Shown here piece by piece: positions 1 through 9,856 of a DNA stretch of 64,000 bases. The DNA comes from an uncultured Desulfovibrionaceae bacterium. Lineage in GTDB: Bacteria; Bacillota; Dethiobacteria; DTU022; UBA8154. Position 1 is the stretch's first letter. The number at the start of each line of letters is the position of its first letter. Where the stretch lies: contig CAZOOA010000005.1 of the NCBI GenBank assembly GCA_964581355.1, positions 11,487 through 75,486 of the forward strand. Reading direction: 5' to 3'. The notes under the pieces were generated by a model. It was given only the letters and a program-made list of their open reading frames with translations, was not told the DNA's origin and ran no database searches. Made by a program: the position numbers and the translations under genes.

Positions 1-327
1 AATATCGCCTCCATTGCCGGACTGGAAGGCAACAGCGGCCAATCAAACTACGCCGCTGCCAAAGCCGGAGTGGTTGCTTTTACTAAATCCATGGCTAAAG
101 AAATTGGACGACGGGGAATTACAGTGAATGCTATTGCTCCTGGGTTTATCGAAACAGACATGACAGATGAACTTCCAGATAACTTGAAAGCAGAGGCAAA
201 AGAAAGAATCGCTCTTGGGAAATTCGGAACACCGGATGATGTAGCAGAAGCTGTAGTTTTTTTAGCCGGGGGGGCAGGCTATATAACTGGCACGGTTATC
301 TCTATTGATGGTGGTTTATCGCTTTAA
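1..327 (+). CDS. fabG: 3-oxoacyl-[ACP] reductase FabG, C-terminal part (5' end outside window)
   Basis: Frame-1 translation from nt 1 reads NIASIAGLEGNSGQSNYAAAKAGVVAFTKSMAKE...IAPGFIETDMT..., the classic SDR/FabG C-terminus. It is followed by acpP and fabF. Confidence 0.9.
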   Translation, partial: NIASIAGLEGNSGQSNYAAAKAGVVAFTKSMAKEIGRRGITVNAIAPGFIETDMTDELPDNLKAEAKERIALGKFGTPDDVAEAVVFLAGGAGYITGTVISIDGGLSL

Positions 328-383
328 AGGTTATTAGTTTAATAAGTATGGATTGAACTACGTTGGAGGGAGGTGGAACGGGA

Positions 384-617
384 ATGGATATTTTTTCCAA
401 GGTGAGGTCGTTAATCGTTGAGCAGCTTGATGTGGATGAGGAAAAAGTTACAACGGAAACAACTTTTGAAGACATCGATGCAGATTCACTGGATGTTGTC
501 GAACTGGTGATGGCGCTGGAAGAAGAATTTGACCTGGAAATTGCTGATGAAGAAGTAGAAAACATCAAGACCGTAGGCGACATTGTCAGTTACATAGAGG
601 GGAAAACTGCCTCTTAA
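384..617 (+). CDS. acpP: acyl carrier protein
   Basis: [49 protein letters not shown] carries the DSLD phosphopantetheine motif. GGAGGGAGG RBS sits before the ATG at 384. Gene lies between fabG and fabF. Confidence 0.9.
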   Translation: MDIFSKVRSLIVEQLDVDEEKVTTETTFEDIDADSLDVVELVMALEEEFDLEIADEEVENIKTVGDIVSYIEGKTAS

Positions 618-627
618 GATAATAAAA

Positions 628-670
628 GGGAGTTCTGCTTGTGGGCAGGACTCCTGAATTGGTTTTATAC
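628..670 (+). terminator. stem-loop (10-bp stem GGAGTTCTGC/GCAGGACTCC, loop TTGTGG) plus T-rich tail in the acpP-fabF spacer; partial terminator or attenuator
   Basis: Perfect or wobble pairing seen directly in the sequence. Followed by TGAATTGGTTTTATACTTGTGTTTTC. Confidence 0.45.
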
Positions 671-696
671 TTGTGTTTTCAGGCGAGGTGAAGTGA

Positions 697-1947
697 GTGT
701 ATAAAAGAGTGGTTGTCACTGGGATTGGGGCCGTTACCCCTATAGGAACAGGGAAAGATGCCTTTTGGGAAAATATGTATAAGGGAGAAAATGGTGTAAA
801 GGTGATCGACCATTTGCGGGACTTCCCAACCTATATGGCGGCAACAGTTGATGACTTCGAACCCCAGGATTTCATGGAAAAAAGAGATGTGAAAAAAATG
901 GACCGGTTTACCCATTTCGCTCAGGCAGCTGCTCAAATGGCTATTGATGATGCGAAAATGGATCTTACCAAAGAAGATAAGGAACGGGTTGGAGTTATTG
1001 TTGGTTCGGGTATCGGAGGGCTGGACACCATTGAAAAACAGTTTAAAATACTCCTGGATAAAGGGCCACGTAGGGTAAGCCCTTTTCTTGTCCCCATGCT
1101 GATTGCCAATATGGCTTCAGGTTATATTTCCATCGCTCACGGTTTGAGGGGGCCAAATACCACACTGGTTACTGCTTGTGCCAGCGGGTCCCATTCCATC
1201 GGTGAAGCGTACCGTATTTTACAACGCGGTGAAGCGGATATCATGATCGCTGGTGGGGCGGAAGCGCCAATAACATCCATCTCCTTTGCTGGTTTCTGTG
1301 CTGCCCGGGCCATGTCCACAAGAAATGATCAACCGGAAAAGGCCTCCAGGCCCTTTGATCTTCAAAGAGACGGTTTTGTCATGGGCGAAGGAGCTGGTGT
1401 TATTATCCTGGAAACGGAAGAACATGCTTTGAATAGAAATGCACCTATTTATGCAGAAATTGTTGGCTATGGAATGTCGGGGGATGCCCACCATGTTACA
1501 GCTCCTGACCCGGAAGGCCAAGGCGCCTATTTATGTATGCAGAGAGCCTTAAATGATGGCAATCTTTCACCCGATTCTGTTGATTATATCAACACTCATG
1601 GAACCTCTACAGAATATAACGACAAAATTGAGACATTGGCGATAAAACGTTTGTTTAAAGACCAAGCTTATAAAATGGCGCTAAGTTCTACAAAATCGAT
1701 GATTGGCCACCTTCTGGGGGCTGCCGGGGGTGTAGAGCTTGTTGCCACTTTGCTTAGCCTGCAAAAAGGGGTTGTCCTGCCTACGATTAACTATGAAGAA
1801 CCGGATCCGGAATGTGACCTGGACTATACACCGAATAAGCCCCGGGAAAGAGAAATCAATGTTGCCATGTCCAACTCCTTTGGTTTTGGAGGTACAAACG
1901 CCTGTCTTGTAGTCAAAAAATTTAATCAGGAGGCCAGCGGTGCCTGA
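697..1947 (+). CDS. fabF: 3-oxoacyl-[ACP] synthase II
   Basis: GTG start after a GGCGAGGTG RBS. Carries KAS motifs (active-site Cys context TACASG, HGTSTEYND, NSFGFGGTN). 416 aa. Confidence 0.95.
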   Translation: MYKRVVVTGIGAVTPIGTGKDAFWENMYKGENGVKVIDHLRDFPTYMAATVDDFEPQDFMEKRDVKKMDRFTHFAQAAAQMAIDDAKMDLTKEDKERVGVIVGSGIGGLDTIEKQFKILLDKGPRRVSPFLVPMLIANMASGYISIAHGLRGPNTTLVTACASGSHSIGEAYRILQRGEADIMIAGGAEAPITSISFAGFCAARAMSTRNDQPEKASRPFDLQRDGFVMGEGAGVIILETEEHALNRNAPIYAEIVGYGMSGDAHHVTAPDPEGQGAYLCMQRALNDGNLSPDSVDYINTHGTSTEYNDKIETLAIKRLFKDQAYKMALSSTKSMIGHLLGAAGGVELVATLLSLQKGVVLPTINYEEPDPECDLDYTPNKPREREINVAMSNSFGFGGTNACLVVKKFNQEASGA

Positions 1948-2644
1948 AACAGGAATAGATATACTGCTCAGTAACCTTAATTGGCGGGCTAAAAACAAAA
2001 TGTATTATGAGGAAGCGTTAACCCATTCTTCATATGCATATGAATCCGGTCTGGGCAAGAGTAATGAGCGCCTGGAGTTTTTAGGCGATGCGGTCCTTGA
2101 GCTTGTAATTTCGGAATACTTATTTAAGAGTTTTCCAGACTACCCCGAAGGAAAGTTAACACAAATAAGGCACAGGGTGGTGAACGAAGCATCCCTGGCA
2201 GAAATTGCCAGGGAGATCAACCTGGGCTCTTTCATGAGGCTGGGTAAAGGGGAATTATTAAGTGGCGGTCCTGAAAAAAATTCTTTACTGGCGGATGCAT
2301 TGGAAGCATTGATTGGAGCTCTTTTTGTTGACCTGGGTTATAACGAGTCAAGAAAACTGCTCCTGGCGCTATTCCGCCAGACCCTGGATGATGTGGTTCA
2401 AGGAATTCTTCCTCTTTCCGATTACAAGACCCTGCTGCAGGAGTTATGCCAGTCCAGTCTTGGAAAAGTGCCTTTTTACCGCATTGCTTCCGAATCAGGC
2501 CCTCCTCATGACCGGAACTTTGAAGCGGAAGTCCTTCTGGATAAGCAGGTGATTGGCCGGGGACGGGGAAAGAGTAAAAAAGAGGCGGAGCAATCCGCTG
2601 CACAAAAAGCCTGCAAGTGGTTTCAAGAAAATGTTGCAAAATAA
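1940..2644 (+). CDS. rnc: ribonuclease III
   Basis: ERLEFLGDAVLELVISEYLF RNase III signature plus a C-terminal dsRBD (GRGRGKSKKEAEQSAAQKA). Overlaps the fabF stop. Confidence 0.9.
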   Translation: MPETGIDILLSNLNWRAKNKMYYEEALTHSSYAYESGLGKSNERLEFLGDAVLELVISEYLFKSFPDYPEGKLTQIRHRVVNEASLAEIAREINLGSFMRLGKGELLSGGPEKNSLLADALEALIGALFVDLGYNESRKLLLALFRQTLDDVVQGILPLSDYKTLLQELCQSSLGKVPFYRIASESGPPHDRNFEAEVLLDKQVIGRGRGKSKKEAEQSAAQKACKWFQENVAK

Positions 2645-2650
2645 GAAAGA

Positions 2651-2680
2651 AACCTGCTGGGAACGGCAGGTTACTTTTTG
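2651..2680 (+). terminator. intrinsic terminator after rnc
   Basis: AACCTGC-tgggaacg-GCAGGTT stem followed by ACTTTTTGG. Confidence 0.55.
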
Positions 2681-2727
2681 GAACTTGTTGAAAATCGGGC
2701 AGATATTGCTTTTCGGATGGTGAAAAC

Positions 2728-5700
2728 ATGCTATTGAAGCGTATTGACATTATGGGTTTTAAATCATTCCCGGAAAAAACAGAAATAAAATTGTCACCCG
2801 GGATTACTGTGATTATCGGTCCCAACGGTTGCGGCAAAAGCAACCTGGTGGATTCCATCCGTTGGGTATTGGGTGAGCAGAGCGTCAAACTGATGCGTGG
2901 GAATAAAATGGAAGAGTTGATTTTCAGTGGGACTGCTACAAGAAAACCCCTTAATTTTGCCGATGTTTCTGTTGTCTTTGAGGAAGTAGACAAGTTTCTG
3001 CCCGTAGAATACCAGGAAATTTCCGTTTCTCGCCGCATGTATCGCTCCGGTGAAGGGGAGTACCATCTGAATAAAAAACCATGCCGGTTGAAAGATATCA
3101 ATGAACTGTTTTTAGATACGGGAATTGGCATGGAGACGTATTCCCTCATCGGGCAGGGCCGGGTGGAGCAGTTGATCAATGCCCGGCCTGAAGAACACAG
3201 GGAGCTATTTGAAGAAGCGGCGAAAATACATAAATATAAACAAAGAAAAAAAGAAGCCCGGGGCAAGTTGGATGAGATGCACAGAAACTTGATCCGGGTG
3301 GATGACCTGCTTGCCGAATACCAGGGGCAGACAGAGCACCTTTCAGAGGAAGCGGATCGTGCCAGGGAATATAAACAGTTACAGGATCAATGCAAGTTTT
3401 TAGACAAGCAGATCTTGCTTAAACAGTGGGCTGAAAATAAAGCTGCCTATGATAAAATGGAAGCAGAAGTCAACCGGATCAATCATACTCTTCAGGAAAA
3501 GTCAGCAGCAATTCACCAGCTCACGGAAAAGATGAAACAATCTGAACTCCAGGAGCTAGATGCTTTAAACCAACTGGAAGAGGCCAAAAGGCATTACCAG
3601 GAGCAAAAGGAAACTCTTGATTCCCTGCAAAACCAGGTTTACCTGGCGAGGCAGCAGATCAAATACAATATGGAAAAAATCACTTATAAAGAAGAATCAT
3701 ACCAGGAAGTCCAGGGCCGGATTAACGGATTAAATGAGACCATCCAAAACAATCAGCAGGATTTAAATACGGTCCAGGAAGAGCAGAAACAGTTGGGGGA
3801 GCAGGCTTCTAAATTAACGGAACGGCTGAACAATATGCAGCGGGGGCAAAGTTTGGCCCAGGTGGAATCTTTGCGTGAATCCCTGGCCGGAGAAAATCAA
3901 AAAATGGCGGTTTTGCAGCAAAAGCTGCAAGATTATGAGCAGCGGCTGGAAGAAATCCAGCAGCAAAAACAGGAAACAGAAAAGTTAATTCATGCTCAAG
4001 AACAAGTAGCAAAAGAGCTGGCAGAAAAAAAGGGGCAAAGTTTGGAGCAGTTGCAGAAACTGGAACAGGATAAATTCGAACTTCAAACAAGACAAGAACA
4101 GCTGGAAAGCCAGTGGAATAAAAACAATGCGGTCTTGAGCAAAAAAAGGGAATTGCTAAGGAACCTTGGCCGGGAAATAGAAAAAAAGAAAGGTCGCTTC
4201 AGGTTCTTAAAGGAAAGTGAAGAGGGTTTCAGTTTTTTTTCAGATGGTGTAAAGGCGGTAATGCAGTGGGCCTCCAGCAACTCCCTGCAGGAAGGTATTT
4301 ATGGACCTTTTATTCAGTTAATTCAAGTTTCACCTCAATATGAAAAAGCAATAGAAGTAGCCTTGGGTGCCTCGACACAATTTATTGTTGTCGCTGATGA
4401 AGGGTATGCACGGCGTGCCATTGAACACTTGAAAATGAAGCAGGCAGGAAAAGCGACATTTTTGCCCCTGGATATGCTTAAAGTTTCAAGAAGGGAAATT
4501 CCTTCCCGGTCAATGGAAGGCCTGGTTGATCGGGCCAGCCAGCTGGTTCAGACAGCTTCTCAATACAAAAAGGCTGTTGATTACCTGTTAGGTGGAACTT
4601 TGATCGCAAAAAATCTTGAATGTGCAGTGAACATGGCTAAAGGCCTGAGCGGCTGGAGGGTTGTCACCCTGGACGGCGAAATGATCACACCAGGAGGGGC
4701 AATTTCTGGAGGCGTTTCCAGCCGGCAAAGTGCTGGGTTCCTGGCCAGCAAAAGGGAGCGTCAAAACCTGGAGCAGGAGTTAAACAAGCTGGACCAGCGA
4801 GAAAAAAATGAACTGAAGCAAGTTCAGGAATTGGAAGGCTCGATCAAAGAAGTAGAGTCGAGCCTGAATATAGTAAAACAGGAAATTGCAGACCTGGCAG
4901 GAAAAGAAAACAACATCCACTATAACCTGGAACATCTTGAGGCGGATTTGAAACGAGAGACTGAAGCGGTGGATGCTGCCCGTAAAGATAAAGAGAACCT
5001 GGAGCAGCGCTGGGATCACCTGGTAAAGGAAAAAGCAGCCCGGGAAGAAGAGCTTGCTGCCTGTGATAGTTCAATCGATTCCTTTAAGGAACAGATCAAG
5101 GAATTAAATCAAAAAGTTAAGCGTGAGGATGAAGAATACAAGAAGACGGAGGAAGAACGGGTTGAAGTAAGAGTGCGTTTCTCCGCCTTCCAGGAGAAAG
5201 AGAGCTCACTGCAGGATATGCTCCAAAAACAAAAGCAGGAAAAAGAACGCCTGGCTGAACTCTCCAATTCACTGAAACAAGAAAAACGCGGTCTGGAAGA
5301 AGAACTGGAAAAAAATCAGACCCGGGAACAATCTCTATTACACCAATTGGAACAGGAAAAGGAGAAAAGCGCCACCCTGGAAACAAAGGTGGAAGGGTTA
5401 GAGCAGTCGGCCAAAAAGCAGAAGTTGGAGAAGGAAGAAGCTCAATCCCTGTTAGAAAAGGAAAAAAGATCACTGGAACGGTTTCAAAAGCGTTCTCAGA
5501 GTCTGGAGATCGAGATTGTCCGTTACAGGGAAGCTATCCGTTACTTAACCGAGCAACTACTGGAAAAATACCGGGTCGATCCAAGAAAGGATTTATCTCA
5601 GAAACAAGAAGCTGAAATATCCCGGGCGGAATTAGAGAAGGAAAAACAGAAACTGGAAAATGAAATGGATGCCATGGGAGAGGTGGATCTTAGTGTTATC

Positions 5701-6279
5701 GAGGAATATGAAAAACTCCAACAGCGAATCCACTTTTTAACTGAACAAAGAAAAGACCTGGTCGAAGGAGAAAAAGGCGTAAAAAGTGTTCTCAATGAAC
5801 TGGACCAATACATGGAAAAACAGTTCATGGAAGCGCTTCAGGCTATAGAAAGAAACTTTAAAGAAATTTTTAAAAAACTATTTGGTGGCGGCCAGGCAAT
5901 GTTGAAACTGACCGACCCCGACAATGTCCTGGAGTCAGGTATTGAGATTGTCGCGCAACCACCAGGGAAAAAACTACAAACAATTTCCCTTCTTTCTGGT
6001 GGAGAAAAAGCATTGACAGCTATTGGCCTGTTATTTGCCATTTTGCAGTATAAACCGGTTCCATTTTGCGTTCTGGATGAAATAGATTCTTCCCTGGACG
6101 AAAATAACCTGAATAGTTTTTTGCAGTTTCTAAAAGATTATTCCAACGAAACCCAATTCGTTGTCATTACTCACCGCAGAAGGACCATGGAGGAAGCAGA
6201 TGTTTTGTATGGTGTAACCATGGAAGAGCAGGGAATCTCCAAGATTGTTTCGATTAATTTATCACAAAAAGCCGGGTAA
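2728..6279 (+). CDS. smc: chromosome segregation protein SMC
   Basis: 1183 aa. N-terminal Walker A GPNGCGKSN, long coiled coil, hinge, C-terminal LSGGEKALTAIGLLFAI signature motif and Walker B DEIDSSLD. Confidence 0.95.
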   Translation: MLLKRIDIMGFKSFPEKTEIKLSPGITVIIGPNGCGKSNLVDSIRWVLGEQSVKLMRGNKMEELIFSGTATRKPLNFADVSVVFEEVDKFLPVEYQEISVSRRMYRSGEGEYHLNKKPCRLKDINELFLDTGIGMETYSLIGQGRVEQLINARPEEHRELFEEAAKIHKYKQRKKEARGKLDEMHRNLIRVDDLLAEYQGQTEHLSEEADRAREYKQLQDQCKFLDKQILLKQWAENKAAYDKMEAEVNRINHTLQEKSAAIHQLTEKMKQSELQELDALNQLEEAKRHYQEQKETLDSLQNQVYLARQQIKYNMEKITYKEESYQEVQGRINGLNETIQNNQQDLNTVQEEQKQLGEQASKLTERLNNMQRGQSLAQVESLRESLAGENQKMAVLQQKLQDYEQRLEEIQQQKQETEKLIHAQEQVAKELAEKKGQSLEQLQKLEQDKFELQTRQEQLESQWNKNNAVLSKKRELLRNLGREIEKKKGRFRFLKESEEGFSFFSDGVKAVMQWASSNSLQEGIYGPFIQLIQVSPQYEKAIEVALGASTQFIVVADEGYARRAIEHLKMKQAGKATFLPLDMLKVSRREIPSRSMEGLVDRASQLVQTASQYKKAVDYLLGGTLIAKNLECAVNMAKGLSGWRVVTLDGEMITPGGAISGGVSSRQSAGFLASKRERQNLEQELNKLDQREKNELKQVQELEGSIKEVESSLNIVKQEIADLAGKENNIHYNLEHLEADLKRETEAVDAARKDKENLEQRWDHLVKEKAAREEELAACDSSIDSFKEQIKELNQKVKREDEEYKKTEEERVEVRVRFSAFQEKESSLQDMLQKQKQEKERLAELSNSLKQEKRGLEEELEKNQTREQSLLHQLEQEKEKSATLETKVEGLEQSAKKQKLEKEEAQSLLEKEKRSLERFQKRSQSLEIEIVRYREAIRYLTEQLLEKYRVDPRKDLSQKQEAEISRAELEKEKQKLENEMDAMGEVDLSVIEEYEKLQQRIHFLTEQRKDLVEGEKGVKSVLNELDQYMEKQFMEALQAIERNFKEIFKKLFGGGQAMLKLTDPDNVLESGIEIVAQPPGKKLQTISLLSGGEKALTAIGLLFAILQYKPVPFCVLDEIDSSLDENNLNSFLQFLKDYSNETQFVVITHRRRTMEEADVLYGVTMEEQGISKIVSINLSQKAG

Positions 6280-6287
6280 GGAGAGTA

Positions 6288-7199
6288 TTGGCCATGCTGG
6301 AGCAGTTTAAAAAAGGACTGAGCAAAACCAGGGAAGCGTTTAAGGGAAAACTGGATAATTTGTTTAAAGGAAAAGAAATAAACCAGGATTTTTTTGATGA
6401 ACTGGAAGAAGTGTTAATTACAGCTGATGTAGGGGTGGAGACCTCCTTAAAATTGACGGAAGAACTGGAAGGGCGCCTGAAAGAGAAAAAGGTCAAAGAT
6501 CGTGCTGGAGCCCGTGAGGAATTAAAAGGGTTGCTGGTGGAATTGCTGGAACAAGACAGCGATCCAGAGATCAATTTTTCCCCGGTTCCTCCTTCAGTTT
6601 GCCTGGTGCTGGGTGTTAACGGGGTGGGGAAGACAACTACTATTGCCAAAATGGCCTATTATTACTCCCAACAGGGCAAAAAAGTGCTCCTGGCCGCGGG
6701 TGACACCTTTCGTGCAGCTGCAATAGAGCAGCTTACAGAATGGTCTAAAGCCACCGAAGTTGATTTGATCAAACATCATGCTGGAGGGGATCCATCCGCT
6801 GTAATCTTTGATGCCGTGAATGCAGCCGTAGCAAGGCAGACTGACCTTTTACTATGCGATACAGCTGGCAGGTTGCACACCAAATCAAACCTGCTGGACG
6901 AAATAAAAAAGATGAACAGAACCATTGGTAAAGTGCTGCCTGAAGCTCCCCACGAGACTTTGATCGTCATTGATGCGACTACAGGTCATAACGGGATTGC
7001 CCAGGCTAGGTTGTTCCAGGAGGCAGTCCCGATAAGCGGCATTATTCTTACAAAGCTGGATGGGACGGCCCGGGGAGGCATCATCATAGCTGTAAAGGAT
7101 TTAACCGGTATCCCGGTTAAACTTATTGGTACCGGTGAGAAAAAAGAGGATCTGCAGCCCTTTGATGCTGCTGCATTTGTAGATGCTCTTTTGGCATAA
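6288..7199 (+). CDS. ftsY: signal recognition particle receptor FtsY
   Basis: SRP-GTPase NG domain: GVNGVGKTTTIAKMA, DTAGR, TKLDGTARGG. Confidence 0.95.
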   Translation: MAMLEQFKKGLSKTREAFKGKLDNLFKGKEINQDFFDELEEVLITADVGVETSLKLTEELEGRLKEKKVKDRAGAREELKGLLVELLEQDSDPEINFSPVPPSVCLVLGVNGVGKTTTIAKMAYYYSQQGKKVLLAAGDTFRAAAIEQLTEWSKATEVDLIKHHAGGDPSAVIFDAVNAAVARQTDLLLCDTAGRLHTKSNLLDEIKKMNRTIGKVLPEAPHETLIVIDATTGHNGIAQARLFQEAVPISGIILTKLDGTARGGIIIAVKDLTGIPVKLIGTGEKKEDLQPFDAAAFVDALLA

Positions 7200-7303
7200 T
7201 TAAGAAGGAAAAACTTGAAAGGTATTTACTTTATCGGATTTATCGTGTATAACTATTAGGGGAGCAGGGCCTCGCAGGCTCTGGCTTAACTTTTCTAAAA
7301 CAA

Positions 7304-7337
7304 AGGAGGGAAACCCGGGGTATCCGGGTAAACCAGG
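7304..7337 (+). promoter_or_regulatory. ffh translation-initiation region: SD AGGAGGG (7304-7310), then a 6-bp-stem hairpin ACCCGG-ggtat-CCGGGT (7313-7329) lying inside the SD-to-start spacer
   Basis: Linear SD-to-TTG distance is 27 nt. Subtracting the 17-nt hairpin gives an effective spacing of about 10 nt. Confidence 0.4.
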
Positions 7338-8681
7338 TTGATTTTTAGCGGTCTCTCTGAAAAACTTCAAGATACATTTAATAAACTAAAGAAAAAAGGC
7401 AAGCTTAATGAAAAAGATGTTGAGTCGGCTTTGCGGGAGGTCAGGATGGCGCTCCTGGAGGCGGACGTCAATTATAAGGTTGTCAAAAATTTTACTTCAA
7501 CCCTCTCTGAAAGGGCTGTTGGCGCAGAAGTGTTAAAAAGCCTGACTCCTGGCCAGCAGGTGATCAAGATTGTCCACGAAGAGCTGGTCAATCTTATGGG
7601 AGAAAGTCAAAGTAAAATTGTTAGCCCTGATAACCCTCCCAAGACATTAATGCTTGTCGGGTTGCAAGGTTCCGGTAAAACGACGACAGCTGCCAAGTTG
7701 GCTTTGCACTTGAAGAAAATGGGCCACCGGCCTTTACTGGCGGCCGCGGATATTTATCGGCCTGCAGCCATTGATCAGCTTCATGTACTGGGCAAAGATG
7801 CCGATGTCCCGGTATTTAGTCAAGGGCAGGAGAAGCCGGATAAAATAGTAGCAGCAGCCCATAAAACCGCCAAACAAGAAGGAAATGATTATTTAATCGT
7901 TGATACAGCGGGTAGACTGCATATCAACGAAGAACTTATGTCTGAACTGGAACTGTTGAAGAAAAAATTTGACCCGGGGGAGATTTTACTGGTAGTCGAT
8001 TCTATGACAGGCCAGGATGCAGTCAATGTAGCCAAATCTTTTAACGAGCAGTTGGGACTTACCGGTGTTATATTGACCAAGTTGGATGGCGATACCAGGG
8101 GCGGTGCAGCTTTGTCTGTCAGGGCTGTTGCCGACTGTCCAATAAAATATGTGGGTACCGGAGAAAAACTGGATTCTTTTGAACCATTTTTTCCCGAAAG
8201 GATGGCTTCAAGGATCCTGGGGATGGGGGATATGCTTTCCCTGATAGAAAAGGCCCAGGGTGTAGTAGATGAAGAAAAGACCCGCGAACTGGAAAAAAAG
8301 ATGCGCAGCCAGTCTTTAACCCTGGAGGATTTTTTAGAGCAGCTGCAGCAAGTCAAACAAATGGGCCCCCTGGAAAACCTGGTAGAGATGATTCCGGGTT
8401 TAAACAAAGCTGCAGGAAAAGGCCTGGGGAACCTGAGCTTGGATGAAAAGCAGTTGGCCCGCGTGGAAGCAATTATCAACTCCATGACCCGGGAAGAGCG
8501 TCAAAAACCTGAAATTATCAACAGCAGCCGCAGGAAACGAATTGCCAGCGGTAGCGGGACTACAGTCCAGGATGTGAACCGGATTTTAAAACAGTTTGAA
8601 CAGATGAAGAAGTTGATGAAGCAGATGGGTTCCATGGAGAAAGGGAAAGGAAAGAAAAAGAAAGGGTTTTTCCCTTTTTAA
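7338..8681 (+). CDS. ffh: signal recognition particle protein Ffh (SRP54)
   Basis: TTG start. N-terminus MIFSGLSEKLQDTF aligns to Ffh MAFEGL.... GLQGSGKTTTAAKLA, DTAGR and a Met-rich M domain are present. Confidence 0.95.
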   Translation: MIFSGLSEKLQDTFNKLKKKGKLNEKDVESALREVRMALLEADVNYKVVKNFTSTLSERAVGAEVLKSLTPGQQVIKIVHEELVNLMGESQSKIVSPDNPPKTLMLVGLQGSGKTTTAAKLALHLKKMGHRPLLAAADIYRPAAIDQLHVLGKDADVPVFSQGQEKPDKIVAAAHKTAKQEGNDYLIVDTAGRLHINEELMSELELLKKKFDPGEILLVVDSMTGQDAVNVAKSFNEQLGLTGVILTKLDGDTRGGAALSVRAVADCPIKYVGTGEKLDSFEPFFPERMASRILGMGDMLSLIEKAQGVVDEEKTRELEKKMRSQSLTLEDFLEQLQQVKQMGPLENLVEMIPGLNKAAGKGLGNLSLDEKQLARVEAIINSMTREERQKPEIINSSRRKRIASGSGTTVQDVNRILKQFEQMKKLMKQMGSMEKGKGKKKKGFFPF

Positions 8682-8726
8682 TAGCACATTACATTAATAA
8701 CACAATACTCAGGAGGTGTATAGCTG

Positions 8727-8975
8727 ATGTCTGTACGGATTCGTTTAAAAAGAATGGGAGCAAAAAAACGTCCCTTTTATCGGGTGGTTGTTGCCAGCAC
8801 GAATTCTCCCCGTGATGGGCGTTTTATCGAAGAAATCGGGTACTATAACCCTACAACTGATCCCAAAACGATTAAGATCGACCAGGAGAAAGCTGAAAAG
8901 TGGCTCTCCAAGGGCGCTCAACCTTCAGAAACAGTCAAAACTTTGTTAGCGCAAGCTGGCCTGCAAAGCAAATAA
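8727..8975 (+). CDS. rpsP: 30S ribosomal protein S16
   Basis: [23 protein letters not shown]... is a canonical S16. Confidence 0.95.
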   Translation: MSVRIRLKRMGAKKRPFYRVVVASTNSPRDGRFIEEIGYYNPTTDPKTIKIDQEKAEKWLSKGAQPSETVKTLLAQAGLQSK

Positions 8976-8996
8976 ATGCTAGGGGAGTGGTAACAG

Positions 8997-9227
8997 GTGA
9001 AGGAAATGGTTGAATACCTGGCAAAGGCCCTTGTCGATTATCCTGATCAGGTTGATGTAAGGCAGGTTGAAGGTGAGCGTTCCATCATTCTTGAGCTGCG
9101 GGTGGCATCGGAAGATATGGGAAAGGTAATTGGAAAACAGGGTCGGATCGCCAAGGCCATCCGTACTGTGGTCAATGCCGCTGCAGTAAAAGAGAATAAA
9201 AAGGTAATGGTGGAAATTATCCAGTAA
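8997..9227 (+). CDS. KH-domain RNA-binding protein (UPF0109, YlqC-like)
   Basis: GKVIGKQGRIAKAIRTVVNAA KH motif. Conserved position between rpsP and rimM. Confidence 0.85.
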   Translation: MKEMVEYLAKALVDYPDQVDVRQVEGERSIILELRVASEDMGKVIGKQGRIAKAIRTVVNAAAVKENKKVMVEIIQ

Positions 9228-9238
9228 GGAGCAGAGTA

Positions 9239-9754
9239 ATGACGTCTCACATGGTGATTGTTGGAAAAATCCTGGCTCCCTTTGGAGTAAAAGGCGAAGT
9301 TAAGGTTTTACCATATTCTGACCACCTGGAGCGTTGTTACCTGTTGAGAAACGTTAAAATTGAAGGGGCCGGTATTTCTGAATACAGGGAAGTTGAGCAG
9401 GCAAGTATCCATAAGAATATATGGCTCCTTCGATTTGCAGATTGCCACACGCGCGATGAAGCTCTGCGGATGAAAAATGCGCTGGTAAAAATAGACCCTT
9501 CCGAAAGGCTGCCTTTGCCTGAAGGAAGCTATTATTTTGACCAGGTTATTGGTTTGGATGTGTATACTGTGGAAGGAGTTTACCTGGGCCGACTAGAAGA
9601 TGTGCTCCAACCAGGAGGTAATGACGTTTACCAGATTATAAACGTTCATGATCAATCTCAAGTCCTGATTCCAGCTTTAAAAGAAGTGGTGAAAGAAGTT
9701 GACCTGGAAAAAGAAATAATGATTATTGAACCGCTACCTGGTCTGCTGGAATGA
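9239..9754 (+). CDS. rimM: 16S rRNA processing protein RimM
   Basis: VGKILAPFGVKGEVKV N-terminal RimM signature plus a PRC-barrel C-terminus. AAGGAG RBS. Confidence 0.9.
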   Translation: MTSHMVIVGKILAPFGVKGEVKVLPYSDHLERCYLLRNVKIEGAGISEYREVEQASIHKNIWLLRFADCHTRDEALRMKNALVKIDPSERLPLPEGSYYFDQVIGLDVYTVEGVYLGRLEDVLQPGGNDVYQIINVHDQSQVLIPALKEVVKEVDLEKEIMIIEPLPGLLE

Positions 9755-9856
9755 TCAACTCTCAGCAGTATGTCCGAAACAACAGGACAGAAACTCTGCT
9801 TGTAACAGCACAGGCAAGCGCAGAACCGGGATTCATGATGTAAGGTGTGAAGAGCT

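Noticed and set aside
2232-3266. 344-aa minus-strand ORF antisense to smc, and other antisense ORFs (302-583, 486-719, 679-936, 7889-8485, 30449-30988, 30985-31569, 47111-47854, etc.).
   Set aside because: They lie entirely within well-supported + strand genes and have low-complexity or compositionally odd translations. They are shadow ORFs.
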